From NCBI GenBank assembly GCA_963727445.1, contig CAVSGI010000010.1:1312001-1376000 (forward strand): a stretch of 64,000 nucleotides of DNA. Reading direction: 5' to 3'. The first letter of the stretch is position 1; the number at the start of each line of letters is the position of its first letter. Below are positions 41,701 to 50,119 of the stretch, piece after piece. The notes beneath the pieces were generated by a model. It was not told the DNA's origin. It was given only the letters and a program-made list of their open reading frames with translations, and made no database searches. This DNA is from an uncultured delta proteobacterium. Its GTDB lineage: Bacteria > Myxococcota_A > Polyangia > Polyangiales > B10-G4. Position numbers and translations under genes: made by a program.

Positions 41701-44008
41701 CCGCGTGGTCGGTGCCGGCATCGCTCGCCGGTCCGGCGATCGACGGGAGCTCGCGCGGCTGAGCCGCAGCACCGGCCTGAGCCCCCTCGCCGCGAGCGCG
41801 CGCGTGGCCTTCGACAAGAAGGCCTTCGGCTACGAGCTCCGGATGCTCTCGGACGCCGCCGCCGCGGAGGAGCCGGAGATCGCCGCCCTCCTCGTCGCCA
41901 CCGACGCCGCCGCCGAGTCGAACGATCAGGAGGCGCTCGAGCAGGCGGCGCTGCGCGAAGCGGAGCACGACTCCGCGCGGCGCGCCGAGCGCCTTCTGGC
42001 GATCGCCGATCTGGCGGACGCCCGGGGTGATCTGCGGAGCGCGGCGCGCGTGCTGCGGGAGGTCCGTCGCGCGAACGCCGATGAGCTGGCGGCGTCTCGA
42101 CGACTGGCGGAGCTCCTTCGTCCGCGCGCGCCCTCGAAGGCGGCGCGCTTGTGGCAGGAGGAGGCCGAAACGACCCACGGCGATCTCTCGGGCTTCGCCT
42201 TCCTCTTCGCCGCGGACCTCCTCGAGGACGACGGCGAGTCGGGCGCCGCGCTCAAGGCGGCCAGCGAGGCCGCGCCGGGTTATCCGCCGGCGCTCTGGGC
42301 GAACGAACGCCGCGCCCGGACCAAGAGCGACCCGTCGCGACTGCGCGAGCTGGTCCTGGCCCGCGCCGAGGAGATCCCCGATCCGCGCACCGCCGCCGAG
42401 ACCATGATCCGCGCTGCCTTCGCCGCACCGAAGCCCGACGCGGAGCTCCTGGCCCGCGCGAGCGAGCTGATCCCGGAGGACGCAGCCCTCGGCGACGTTC
42501 GGCTGAGGCTCGGCGGTCTTCCGCCGGCCGAGCGCGCCGAGCTCTATCAGAACGCCGCGGTCGGCGCGTCGGTCGCGCTGGCGCGTGCGTTTTCGATCCG
42601 CGCAGCAGAGGCGCTCGCGGAAGCCGGGGAGAACGAGTCCGCGGCGAGACTGGTGAGCGGGCTGGTGACTGACGCGCGAGACGACGCCATCGCGACGCAC
42701 CTCGAGCTCCGCTTCCTGATGGCGGCCGGCGATGCGGACGCGGTGGCCGAGGTCCTGGCGCAGGGCGTCCTCGTCGCGAGCGACGACGTCTCCCGATCGC
42801 TGGCGCTCGAGCGCGTCGCCGAGCACGAGCTCCGGGTACGCAACGACCTGGACCAGGCGCAGGCCATCTACCAGGACATCCTCTCCCACTATCCTTCCCA
42901 CGTCGGGAGCAACCGCGCGGTCGAGCGGCTGGCGATGGAGCGCGGCGACGACATCGCCCTCGCTCAGACCGAAGAGGCCCTCTCCCGCCTCGGCTCTCCT
43001 GCCGACGCCTCGATGCGCGCGCGCCTCGCCGTGCGGCTCTATCGCCGCGCCGGCTCCGCGGAGGAGGAGATCGAGCAGGCCCTCCGCCACACGTTCGATT
43101 ACGGCGAAGTGGACGTGTGGCTCGCGAGAGAGATCGAGGCCCTCGCGCATCGTGCGGGCGACGGCCGCCTCGCGATGCAGGCGTGGGTCGAGCTCACCGA
43201 CCTCCTCGAAGACGCCCGCGAACGCATGGGCGCCGAGCTTCGACTGGCCGAGCTCACCGCGCAGCTCCGCTCGCCGAGCGCGGCGCAGAGCCGCCTGTCG
43301 CGGGCGGCGTCGATCGATCTGAAGTACCCCACCACCGGCGAGATCCTCGGCCGCCTCAAGCGGGCCGCGGGCGACCCCGTGGGCGCGGCGGAAGCCTTCG
43401 AGGACGCGGCTCGCCGCAGTCGCTCCAGCGATCGCAAGGCCGCGCAGTCGATGCTGGCGGGGACTCTCTACGAAGGCGCGGGCGACCCCGAGCGCGCGGC
43501 CAAGGCGTACTTCAGCGCGGCGAAGAGCGATCCCAAGCACGGCGATCTGATCCAACGCCTCATGCGCCTGCTCCCCGTCCACCACCAGCAGAAGCCGCTC
43601 GCCGACCTGCTGACCCAACGCATCACCATGGGCGGCGACAAGGCCACCCTCGCCGACCTTCACCAGATGCTGGCCCGCGTGCGTCTCGAGCTGGGCGACC
43701 CGACGTCGGCAAAGAAGAGCCTGCGCACCGTCACCACCCTCGAGCCGATGCGCATCGACGCACTCGAGGAGCTCGCGCGGATCTGCATCGAGACCGGCGA
43801 CGGCAAGGGCGCAGCAGATGCGCTGCAGAAGATCGTCATCACCACCGACGACCGCCCGGTCCTGCGCCGCAGCTACATGACGCTGGCGAACGTCTTCGAG
43901 TCGCAGCGCGACGTGCGGCGCACCAAGGAGGTGCTCCGAAAGATGGTGCAGCTCTTCCCCGACGACAGCGAAGCGAAGCAGAAGCTCGCGCTCATGGAGG
44001 CGCGTTGA
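35774..44008 (+). CDS. Giant TPR-repeat protein, 2744 aa (possibly two genes fused at ~40484)
   Basis: Continuous Ala/Leu/Glu/Arg helical repeats with TPR-type xxAxxxDP motifs; GC3-rich codons. Confidence 0.85.
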   Translation: MEETGPGSGSDVEERIAGLRAELKSGGDRAIKATLHYELGHLLESSGDVDAALTEYDTARKADSSFRLPIFALVRLYRERKDAVKLADLLATEAKVAKNPAEEASALLEHAALLEDELGRDKQAKALYERVLGRDPGNLTASLSLERMFRAGGDARSAAKIVHDRAEHENNPVAKRVLILEGALDREKAGDVEGAIEELRGASNAPHLQVRFLRELERLSRSTGLVHDRIEVMERLSKLAERRAKGESVSQGLSAGSLPPFADEKEAVGAACVLLREIAQLKLSEDDARGALSALDRAVTLAPDDLLLRYERLALYERLDDFGSAQKDARELTSAGGPTSAAILLRMADLAARKNNRRARRDYLEQATEADPSSAIATALLEEELLSNAEPSERITWLTNTARDKSAGERQKLLWRAARMAAYDIENESRARALYMEAVGAAGGAGAVSILRDCYGAALYLGSDVLVNEAIVRLLEVDSLDPRERSALVYERYRRLRAKDPDGATRLLADLRDEPSSPPWVCHVLRLASASRKDLRGLAAAHLALADRAYEGADDELGVAHAGAAGRALGRVGDLDRAAEVLETAMGRAPDSEYVRTLLEEVLTARGADTDLASLLLSAGDNAEDARHAEPLLLRAAYAAQEAGDIERAFEACRRAAAKSPSSVAPRWAMWRIATEARDEERAREGLEALAEREAATGHPSVATLALGELRAFGGAGPEAGLKELSAAAKHDVVGAAAAVAMLVTTSDEGSLTRALERLLEEAHGPSARGLTRTLGGMLLDGVGAADRVQQIIRRVLSMSREDRWALWASLKLAGSDASRARERSAAFEGLGAATGDPEIGAELLLYALFSDPDTADDERRQKIVEEIESLDGDGIFSAMAAEGAVTSAETAASALSARLGKSGASGGGSVETATGRALVLAGRYAEALPVLKKATEHAPEDLSAWEALRVAAKAEQDFDALVAAVDRLAPIAPAELRAELLAEAGLGLAKHADRPADAENRLRRSLGENPENLDAYQALHEIVAERGDRGALVDLVEARISVTDESDELSQLFWEAAELYHALRRDQEAIDSLKNLMVLTPDHAPGLSLLAACHVARGEFEAAIDSLRSLACVDVPVEERRDARLAAARYLVTELDDPAGAYQELKVIENMGQADEAHYARMAMLAERAQMHEEAVQALEEAAALTEGADRARYESRAAVIHRAVRNDEAAAIDAYRRALQAVPTNETAASALADLLDRGGRRRLSATFDAAVRAEMAETGTSVAALRKLQKAAVWAQDLDYERLVLEAIFVVGSGSPEEEERWEELAEATPETLSGTLSDESLAGLGARGLDSSVAELLNVATDAVLSVDGTDLKSLGVGRRELTKDRDTSPVRDEVMAIGQLFGVDADKLYLGGSPPGGAALLGSRLEPASWVVDDSAESPLSAELRFRAATLSMAHHEGGLPLLSRNVESGVSLVAALAIATDQRLEGADSDDGLATQLRKALSRSARKSVERLAKETDVESVRAHVQAVRTACLRAGLAISGELYASLSMVLGGDLDNLGSSPAAVDLLSFWLSPEHRFIRAELGMTPELDEQDGGDDLERAAARLERASGFFAAQPESFDWMVDAQGLVGRVDKATPDETELVAGTRPGAPEAALPSLEGRLSLVVALAEASDDAQLLVSAAEIADAQGDHDKARSLTARAGKSGGGDVVALWRRRTAAIARGAWSEVAELLEAEAALPIPPEQRGLCLAILSVVALSRLGDVTRARDAANRALSQRPKSVAAALLSALLAPRGDAEGSAAALERAARGWNDGKASAALLVEAARKKARAGDLTRARFLYKRAASEDPDALDAAVGLARAAFAQRGFDEASDALVRASKLINDRHLGEAFLRAAARIAQVAASKPAHATSILAEVSDSPAVEALAIAADAAHDRDSLMRAVTACAAATRRTARALWSVRVAELRSEAGDQKGAAQALRDATHADQTLDLIRVVGAGIARRSGDRRELARLSRSTGLSPLAASARVAFDKKAFGYELRMLSDAAAAEEPEIAALLVATDAAAESNDQEALEQAALREAEHDSARRAERLLAIADLADARGDLRSAARVLREVRRANADELAASRRLAELLRPRAPSKAARLWQEEAETTHGDLSGFAFLFAADLLEDDGESGAALKAASEAAPGYPPALWANERRARTKSDPSRLRELVLARAEEIPDPRTAAETMIRAAFAAPKPDAELLARASELIPEDAALGDVRLRLGGLPPAERAELYQNAAVGASVALARAFSIRAAEALAEAGENESAARLVSGLVTDARDDAIATHLELRFLMAAGDADAVAEVLAQGVLVASDDVSRSLALERVAEHELRVRNDLDQAQAIYQDILSHYPSHVGSNRAVERLAMERGDDIALAQTEEALSRLGSPADASMRARLAVRLYRRAGSAEEEIEQALRHTFDYGEVDVWLAREIEALAHRAGDGRLAMQAWVELTDLLEDARERMGAELRLAELTAQLRSPSAAQSRLSRAASIDLKYPTTGEILGRLKRAAGDPVGAAEAFEDAARRSRSSDRKAAQSMLAGTLYEGAGDPERAAKAYFSAAKSDPKHGDLIQRLMRLLPVHHQQKPLADLLTQRITMGGDKATLADLHQMLARVRLELGDPTSAKKSLRTVTTLEPMRIDALEELARICIETGDGKGAADALQKIVITTDDRPVLRRSYMTLANVFESQRDVRRTKEVLRKMVQLFPDDSEAKQKLALMEAR

Positions 44009-44036
44009 GCATTCTCGAGATCTGCTCTCGGGGGAC

Positions 44037-45434
44037 GTGAGCGAGTTTCGCCGCGAAGGCTTGCTCTTCGGCGCTCCGACGCGCGACGTCCGCTACCTGA
44101 GCTTCGCGCGGATCTTCGCCCTCGGCTCGGCCGTCCACCTGCTCCTCCCGGACGCGCTTTCGGACACCTGGCTGATCGCCGACGCCTTCTACTGGGTCGG
44201 CATTCTGCTCCTGGTGGTGAACGGCTCTCTCGCGGGGTGGCTCGCTTGCGCCGCGGGCCTCGCGTGGCCGCTCCTCGCGCTGGGCGATCAGCTGACCCAG
44301 AGCGCGCTCCTTCTCCTGATGGCTCTCTGCGCCATCGTTTGCTTCGCGGGCGACGGAGCGCACCGGCGGGAGCGTCTCGAGCAGAGCCTCCCCGCGGCGA
44401 TTCGCGTGCTGGTCGTATCGACCTACCTGGTCGCCGCGGTTCACAAGACCAACGCCGACTTCTTCGACCCGTCCGTGAGCTGCGCCAACGCCGGCGTGTC
44501 GATCCTCGCCGAGACCTGGACCCTCGACTTCATCGCCGACCCCGCCTTCGCCCCGTTCTGGGCGCCGCTCTTCGTCTGCGTGGAGCTCGCGGTGGCGGTG
44601 CTCCTCGTCGTCCGGCCTGCGCTCGGGATGGTGCTGGCGCTGGCGATGCACATCCCGCTCACCATCATCTTCGCGCCGGCCTTCGCCTTCACCATGATCG
44701 CCGGCTGGCCCTGCTTCTTCACCGACGCCGAGCTCCACTACCTGGGCCTCGTCCTGAGGCGCGAGAGGTGGCCCATCCTCGCCCTCGGCAGCGCCCTCGG
44801 CCTCGGGAGCTTCGCCCTCTACATGCAGCGGCACTCGGTCGTGTACTGGTTCTGGTCGTTCAAGGAGGTCGTGCTCTGGATCGTCCTGATCTGGCTCGCC
44901 GTCGCGCTGCTCTTCCGGCCCGAAGGACTGCTCGGCTGGTGGTCAGCCACCCTGGAGAAGGTGCGACGCCACGGACGAGTGCTCTCGGTGTTGGTGGCCG
45001 CCCTCTGGATCGTGCACGCGCTCGGGCCCTACACGGGGCTGTGGTTCCACCACTCGGGCGCGATGCTCTCGAACCTGCGCATCGACGAAGGCTGCTGGAA
45101 CAGCCTGGTCTTTCCGGAGGGCGCGCGCGTGGTGGAGCCCTTCGTGCGCATCGACGAGGCGCGCGTCACCAGCCCCTCGGGGCAGCGACTCGAAGGCCAC
45201 GAGCAGTACCTGGTCGAGAAGCTGAGGGACCGGCGCGAGCTCGAGCGCGAGCGGCGAGAGCTGTGTGAGGCCGAGGGGCGCGCGGTACGGATCTCGGGCA
45301 CTTATCGGGGGAGCGCCTTCGTGATCGACGACCTCTGCGTCGCGCCGTGGCCCTTCGGCGAGCCGGCATTTCCGGAGGCACGTCCGTTCCAGCAGAACCT
45401 CGACCGGGAGTGCCCACAGGCGTGCATCCACTGA
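44037..45434 (+). CDS. Polytopic membrane protein, HTTM-like
   Basis: Many TM helices; YLVAAVHKTNADFF, VELAVAVLL, AMH, AMLSNLR. Confidence 0.65.
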   Translation: MSEFRREGLLFGAPTRDVRYLSFARIFALGSAVHLLLPDALSDTWLIADAFYWVGILLLVVNGSLAGWLACAAGLAWPLLALGDQLTQSALLLLMALCAIVCFAGDGAHRRERLEQSLPAAIRVLVVSTYLVAAVHKTNADFFDPSVSCANAGVSILAETWTLDFIADPAFAPFWAPLFVCVELAVAVLLVVRPALGMVLALAMHIPLTIIFAPAFAFTMIAGWPCFFTDAELHYLGLVLRRERWPILALGSALGLGSFALYMQRHSVVYWFWSFKEVVLWIVLIWLAVALLFRPEGLLGWWSATLEKVRRHGRVLSVLVAALWIVHALGPYTGLWFHHSGAMLSNLRIDEGCWNSLVFPEGARVVEPFVRIDEARVTSPSGQRLEGHEQYLVEKLRDRRELERERRELCEAEGRAVRISGTYRGSAFVIDDLCVAPWPFGEPAFPEARPFQQNLDRECPQACIH

Positions 45435-45452
45435 TGGGTGTAGCCTGAAGAC

Positions 45453-46265
45453 ATGCTTCGTCTCCTGTTCCTCGCGCTTCTCCTCACCGGCTGCGACTGC
45501 AACGGCACCCTCGCGACGGACGACGGCGGCTCGGGCAGAGGCGACGCGTCCGGAAGCGATGCGTCGGGGAGCGGCGACTCGAGCACGACCGGCGGTGACT
45601 CGAGCACGACCGGCGGCGACTCCGGAGGCGGCGACGATTGTGGCGGGATCTCCGCGGTGGTCCGCGACTTCGACGTCTCACACCCCGACTTCGAAGACGA
45701 GAACCCCGGTTTCGTTCCGGGCCTCGTGCAGGACACGCTCGACGCGGAGCGCAAGCCCCTCTACGCGCACGGGGACATGCACGTCGGCGGCATCGACAAC
45801 GCCGACAGCTTCCATCAGTGGTACCGCGACATCGACGGCATCAACATTCCCTTCGACATCACCCTGCCGCTCACCGAGGTGTCCCCGGGCCAGTTCGTCT
45901 TCGACAACGACCACTTCTTCCCGGTCGACGGCATGGGCTTCGGCATGAGCGGCACCGACGCCGAGGGCGTCGAACGGAACTTCCACTTCACCACCGAGGT
46001 CCACATCGGCTTCGTCTACGAAGGCGGCGAGGTCTTCACCTTCCGCGGCGACGACGACCTGTGGCTCTTCATCGACGGCCACCTGGCGATCGACCTCGGC
46101 GGCGTGCACGGCGCCATGGAGCGCTCGGTGAACCTCGACGACCTCGGCCTCACCCCCGGCGAGCGCTACCCGATGGACATCTTCCACGCGGAGCGCCACA
46201 CCCACGCCAGCAACTTCCGCATCGAGACCACGATCCAGTGCTTCGTCGACCCGGGCCTGATTTAG
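45453..46265 (+). CDS. Fibro-slime domain lipoprotein
   Basis: VRDF...HPDFE, FHQWY, NFHFTTEVH, FRGDDDLWLFI, DLGGVH, FHAERH; lipobox LTGC. Confidence 0.92.
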   Translation: MLRLLFLALLLTGCDCNGTLATDDGGSGRGDASGSDASGSGDSSTTGGDSSTTGGDSGGGDDCGGISAVVRDFDVSHPDFEDENPGFVPGLVQDTLDAERKPLYAHGDMHVGGIDNADSFHQWYRDIDGINIPFDITLPLTEVSPGQFVFDNDHFFPVDGMGFGMSGTDAEGVERNFHFTTEVHIGFVYEGGEVFTFRGDDDLWLFIDGHLAIDLGGVHGAMERSVNLDDLGLTPGERYPMDIFHAERHTHASNFRIETTIQCFVDPGLI

Positions 46266-46429
46266 GGGGTGTCCCTAGTTTTGCTCCCGTCGAATCCCGA
46301 GCATCTCGCGGCCTCCGGGCCGTCCCGCGGCTCCTCAACGATACTCGGCATCGCCTCGTCGGCCGCTGAACACCCCGAAGACCACGATCTACCCGAGCTT
46401 CTCGGTCCGAAAACTAGGGACACCCCCTA
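46263..46429. mobile_element. MITE-like non-coding element with 20-bp perfect terminal inverted repeats
   Basis: TAGGGGGTGTCCCTAGTTTT (46263-46282) and AAAACTAGGGACACCCCCTA (46410-46429); TAG on both flanks. Confidence 0.75.
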
Positions 46430-46514
46430 GTGCCTGGTCCAATGCCGTGGAAGGGGAGATCGGCAGGGAGGCGACGAGGACGTCAGCCGGCCTCGGGCCC
46501 AAAGCGGACGCCCG

Positions 46515-47219
46515 CTACCACTTTTCGCCGAAGGGGCGCGCCTCCACCTCGAAGCTCCACGCGCTCTTTGGCTGGGTGGCCAGGTGGTGGACGGTGTGGG
46601 CGATGTCGTCGGGCTTCAGGAAGAAGTCGTCGTCCTTTTCGGGCATCGCTTCACGGGTTCGTTTCAGATCGACGATCCCGTCGATGATCACCACCGAGAC
46701 GTGGATGCCGAGCGGCCAGAGGTGCCGCGCCATCGACTCGGCGAGGTTGCGCTGAGCCGCCTTGGCAGAGGCGAAGGCCGCCGCGCGGGCGCCACCTCGG
46801 CGGGATGCGGTGGCGCCGATGAAAACGATGTTGCCGTGGCCCGCGGCCTTCATGTCGTCGATCACCTGCTTGGCCGTCGCCAGGGCGCCGAAGGTGTTGA
46901 TGCGCCAGGTGGTCTCGAAGGCGCCGAGGTCGATGTCCTCCACCGTTCCCCAGGATCCGGAGCCCGCGTTGTAGACCACCGTGTCCACCGGCCCGAGGTC
47001 CTCTTTGATGGCGGCGAAGGTCTTCTCGATGGCGCCCACATCCGTCACGTCGCACGCATAGGCCTTGGCATCGCCCAGCTCTTTCGCGAGGGCCTCGGAG
47101 CCCTCGGTGCTGCGCGAGAGCATCGCCACCCGATATCCCTCGGCCGCGAACTTCTTCGAAAACGCCGTCCCGTTTCCCGGGCCGAACCCCACCACTGCGC
47201 AAACCGGCTTTGCCATCAT
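46515..47219 (-). CDS. SDR-family NAD(P)-dependent oxidoreductase
   Basis: VVGFGPGNG, CDVTD, VYNAG, FIGATAS.RG, FASAKAAQR, IHVSVVIIDG. Confidence 0.92.
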   Translation of the reverse strand: MMAKPVCAVVGFGPGNGTAFSKKFAAEGYRVAMLSRSTEGSEALAKELGDAKAYACDVTDVGAIEKTFAAIKEDLGPVDTVVYNAGSGSWGTVEDIDLGAFETTWRINTFGALATAKQVIDDMKAAGHGNIVFIGATASRRGGARAAAFASAKAAQRNLAESMARHLWPLGIHVSVVIIDGIVDLKRTREAMPEKDDDFFLKPDDIAHTVHHLATQPKSAWSFEVEARPFGEKW

Positions 47220-47295
47220 CGCCTCCTCGTACGCGACCTGTAGGACATCGCGACGGGCTCGCCAAGCCCGATGCGGGGACGGCGGGCGCCCGCGC

Positions 47296-48210
47296 TCAGA
47301 AGAGCTGGTCCGCCTGGGCGCGATAGCGTCGCGCGCGCCGCTGGGCGATCTTGTTGGAGAGGCGCATCTCCGGATAGATGTCGCCCGCCGCCAGCACCTC
47401 GGCGATGAGCTCGTCGAAGAGCGCCCGGTCGCCGCGCTCGACCGCGTAGACCCGCGCCATCGTCACCAGCGCCAGGAGATTACGCCGCCCGCTGGCGGCG
47501 AGCGCGCGATCCCACGCCGCGCGCGCCTCGTCGAGGTCGGCCCCGGGGCGCTGGGTCGCGACGAAGGCGAGGACGCCGAGACCCGAGCCGCCGTAGTAAT
47601 CGGGGTCGAGCGCGACCGACCGCTTCACCAGAGCGATTGCGAAGCCGCGCTCGCGGTTCTGCTCCGTCGGATAGCGGGCGTTGATGTAGAGCCCCCAGGC
47701 GTAGCCCACCCAGAAGAGCGCGGGCGCATCCTCTTCATCGTCGAACTCGTCAGCGAGCCAGGCCTCGAAGGCGGGCAGCTCGCCCTCGGCCCGCGTGTAG
47801 AACTCGCCGGTCTCGAGATCGAGCAAGCGTTTCCCGAGGCGCACGGCGCGCAGGTAGAAGTGGATCGCGCGCTCTCTCTGCTTTCGTGCGCCCGCGCTAT
47901 CCCCTCTGGCCTCGCGTCGCTCGGCGTCGTCCTCCACCCAACCGAAGGCGTACGAGGTGTAGGCGCGCACCCCTTGAAGGTGCAGGAGCTCGTTCTGTGG
48001 CGAGACCCTGAGGAGGCCTTCGATCTGCATGACCTGCGCCGGCAGCGCGTCACCGACGAACTCCTGGTCCCAATGCTCATCGACGGAGGGCGCCGCGCGC
48101 TGGTTGACGCTCGCCACCGAGTTGACCGTGAACTTCGCCAGGTCACAGCCGCTGGTGAACGCCAGGATCGCCGCGAACGCGATGAGACCTTTCCTCACGG
48201 CGCGCACCAT
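47296..48210 (-). CDS. TRAP transporter TatT (T-component) family lipoprotein
   Basis: Lipobox TSGC; ALPA...EGLL..SP.N, YAFGWVED, LFWVGYAWG, LDPDYYGG, N.IAQRRA. Confidence 0.8.
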   Translation of the reverse strand: MVRAVRKGLIAFAAILAFTSGCDLAKFTVNSVASVNQRAAPSVDEHWDQEFVGDALPAQVMQIEGLLRVSPQNELLHLQGVRAYTSYAFGWVEDDAERREARGDSAGARKQRERAIHFYLRAVRLGKRLLDLETGEFYTRAEGELPAFEAWLADEFDDEEDAPALFWVGYAWGLYINARYPTEQNRERGFAIALVKRSVALDPDYYGGSGLGVLAFVATQRPGADLDEARAAWDRALAASGRRNLLALVTMARVYAVERGDRALFDELIAEVLAAGDIYPEMRLSNKIAQRRARRYRAQADQLF

Positions 48211-48240
48211 AGACGATTCTGGCGCGGTGAGAAGGGGTGA

Positions 48241-48768
48241 TCAGCGCGGAAGCTGAATCCGGAGCGTCTCGTCCGGGCTCGGCTGCGGGCCGATGCGCTC
48301 GCCCTCTGCCTTGAGGGCGAAGAGCCAGCTGCGCGCCACGTCGTTGTCGGGCTGCATGTGCAGCACGATCTCGAGGAGCGGCACGGCGCGGGCCTTGAGG
48401 CCGACGCTGATGAAGCCCATCGCCTCTTCGAGGATGGGCTCGGCCCACTCGTCGACCCCGGGGAGGGACGGCGACGTGATGTCGTCGTCGAGCTCGGGCA
48501 GGGCAGGCGCCGCAGCGTTCCGCCGTGCCGTCTGGTCCGGGCTCGCCTTCACCAGCGCCGCAGGATCGAAACCCAGGAGCCACTCGTAGTCCGGCACGTC
48601 CAGACCGAGACGCTTGAGGTTCGCGAGCGCGAGGCGCGCGTCGAGATCCGACGGGTCTTCTTCGACCAGGCGCATCAGAATGCGCGAGCGCTCGACCGAG
48701 CGCGCGTATTCCTCCACCGACATGGTCATCCACGCTGACTCGGGATGTCGCTGGGTGGGGGTGGCCAT
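48241..48768 (-). CDS. Hypothetical protein with TPR-like helices
   Basis: EDPSDLDARLALA and LHMQPDNDVARSWL helical motifs; codirectional with upp. Confidence 0.6.
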   Translation of the reverse strand: MATPTQRHPESAWMTMSVEEYARSVERSRILMRLVEEDPSDLDARLALANLKRLGLDVPDYEWLLGFDPAALVKASPDQTARRNAAAPALPELDDDITSPSLPGVDEWAEPILEEAMGFISVGLKARAVPLLEIVLHMQPDNDVARSWLFALKAEGERIGPQPSPDETLRIQLPR

Positions 48769-48813
48769 GAGCGACCGAAAACTAGCAGCGAATCGCCGCC
48801 CGTCCACCGATTT

Positions 48814-49377
48814 TCAGTCGTCCGAGCCGCTGTCCTTCGACGTCTCGTCCCCACCTTCGTCGAGCCCGGGGCCGCGCAGGCTCACCGTCTCGGCTTCGCG
48901 CCGGCGCGCGCGCGCGGGGACGTCGCCACGCCGCAGGCTCACCGTGGGCTTTTCCGCAGCGCGGCCCGCGGCGTGCTGCGCCCGCTTCGTCTGAGCGGCG
49001 GGATCGTGCGTGAAACGGAGCACAGACCAGGTGTCGTTCAAGGTCACCTCGTTCGTCACGGACCAGCCACGCGCCTCGAGGACGTCCCAGCCGTAGTCGC
49101 GCGAGAGATCGGTGCGCACCGTCCCGCCCTTCTTCGGATACGCCATCCAGAGCGCGCCGTCCGGATCGAGCGCCACCCGCGCGGTGCGAAAGAGCCCTTC
49201 CACGTCGCGCCGCTCGATCGGGAAGGCGAGGATCACTTTGAAAGGGCCCCGACCCGAGGTCGAGACCTGTGCCCCCTTTGGGAGGTCGGCGAGCACCTCG
49301 AGGGCGTCCTTGGGCGCCGCGAGCGCGAGCACCTTCGATCCGGGGGCGATCCCCAGCTTTTCGGCGACAGTGCTCAC
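48814..49377 (-). CDS. DUF3052-like hypothetical protein
   Basis: [36 protein letters not shown] overlap with upp. Confidence 0.75.
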   Translation of the reverse strand: MSTVAEKLGIAPGSKVLALAAPKDALEVLADLPKGAQVSTSGRGPFKVILAFPIERRDVEGLFRTARVALDPDGALWMAYPKKGGTVRTDLSRDYGWDVLEARGWSVTNEVTLNDTWSVLRFTHDPAAQTKRAQHAAGRAAEKPTVSLRRGDVPARARRREAETVSLRGPGLDEGGDETSKDSGSDD

Positions 49378-50009
49378 TTCTGCTGAGTCCCGAAGATGCG
49401 GTCGCCCGCGTCACCGAGGCCCGGGACGATGTACCCCTTGTCGTTCAGCTTCTCGTCGAGGGCGGCCGTCCAGATGGGGACGTCGGGATGTTCCTCGTGG
49501 AGCTTCGCCACACCCTCCGGCGCGGCAACCAACGCCATGAACTTGATGGTGCGTGGATGCGTCTCCTTGATCCGCGCGACCGCCGCGGCGGCCGAGTTCC
49601 CCGTCGCCAGCATGGGATCGACCACGATCACGTCCCGATCCTCCATCTCGCCGGGGAGCCGGAAGTAGTATTCCACGGCCTCGAGCGTCTCGTGATCGCG
49701 GTAGAGGCCGATGTGCCCGACGCGGGCGGAGGGAACCACCTCGAGCAGCCCCTCGAGCAAGCCGCCGCCCGCGCGGAGCACGGAGACGCAGACGAGCTTC
49801 TTGCCCTCGATCACCGGCGCCTTCATCGGGCACAGCGGCGTCTCGATGTCGATCTGCACCGTGGGCATGTCGCGCGTGACCTCGTAGGTCATCAGCGTGC
49901 TGATCTCCTTGAGCAGGCGCCGGAACGCGCTGGAGCTCGTGTCCTTCTTCCGCATCAGGGTGAGCTTGTGCTTCACCAGGGGGTGATCGATGACGTGCAG
50001 CTCGGGCAT
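49374..50009 (-). CDS. upp: Uracil phosphoribosyltransferase
   Basis: [47 protein letters not shown]. Confidence 0.97.
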   Translation of the reverse strand: MPELHVIDHPLVKHKLTLMRKKDTSSSAFRRLLKEISTLMTYEVTRDMPTVQIDIETPLCPMKAPVIEGKKLVCVSVLRAGGGLLEGLLEVVPSARVGHIGLYRDHETLEAVEYYFRLPGEMEDRDVIVVDPMLATGNSAAAAVARIKETHPRTIKFMALVAAPEGVAKLHEEHPDVPIWTAALDEKLNDKGYIVPGLGDAGDRIFGTQQK

Positions 50010-50119
50010 GGGGTCGGGAGCCTTCCACAGCCTCCCTCTCAGATCCACCTCTCACGTGTCTTTCCAGTGGCCTTCGCACCCCGACTTGCCCCGCACCGGC
50101 GCCGCGCTATCCCGCGCCG

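Noticed and set aside
37613..43663. Long minus-strand ORFs (896 aa and 948 aa) antisense to the giant TPR gene
   Set aside because: Shadow ORFs expected from GC-rich codon bias; no recognisable motifs
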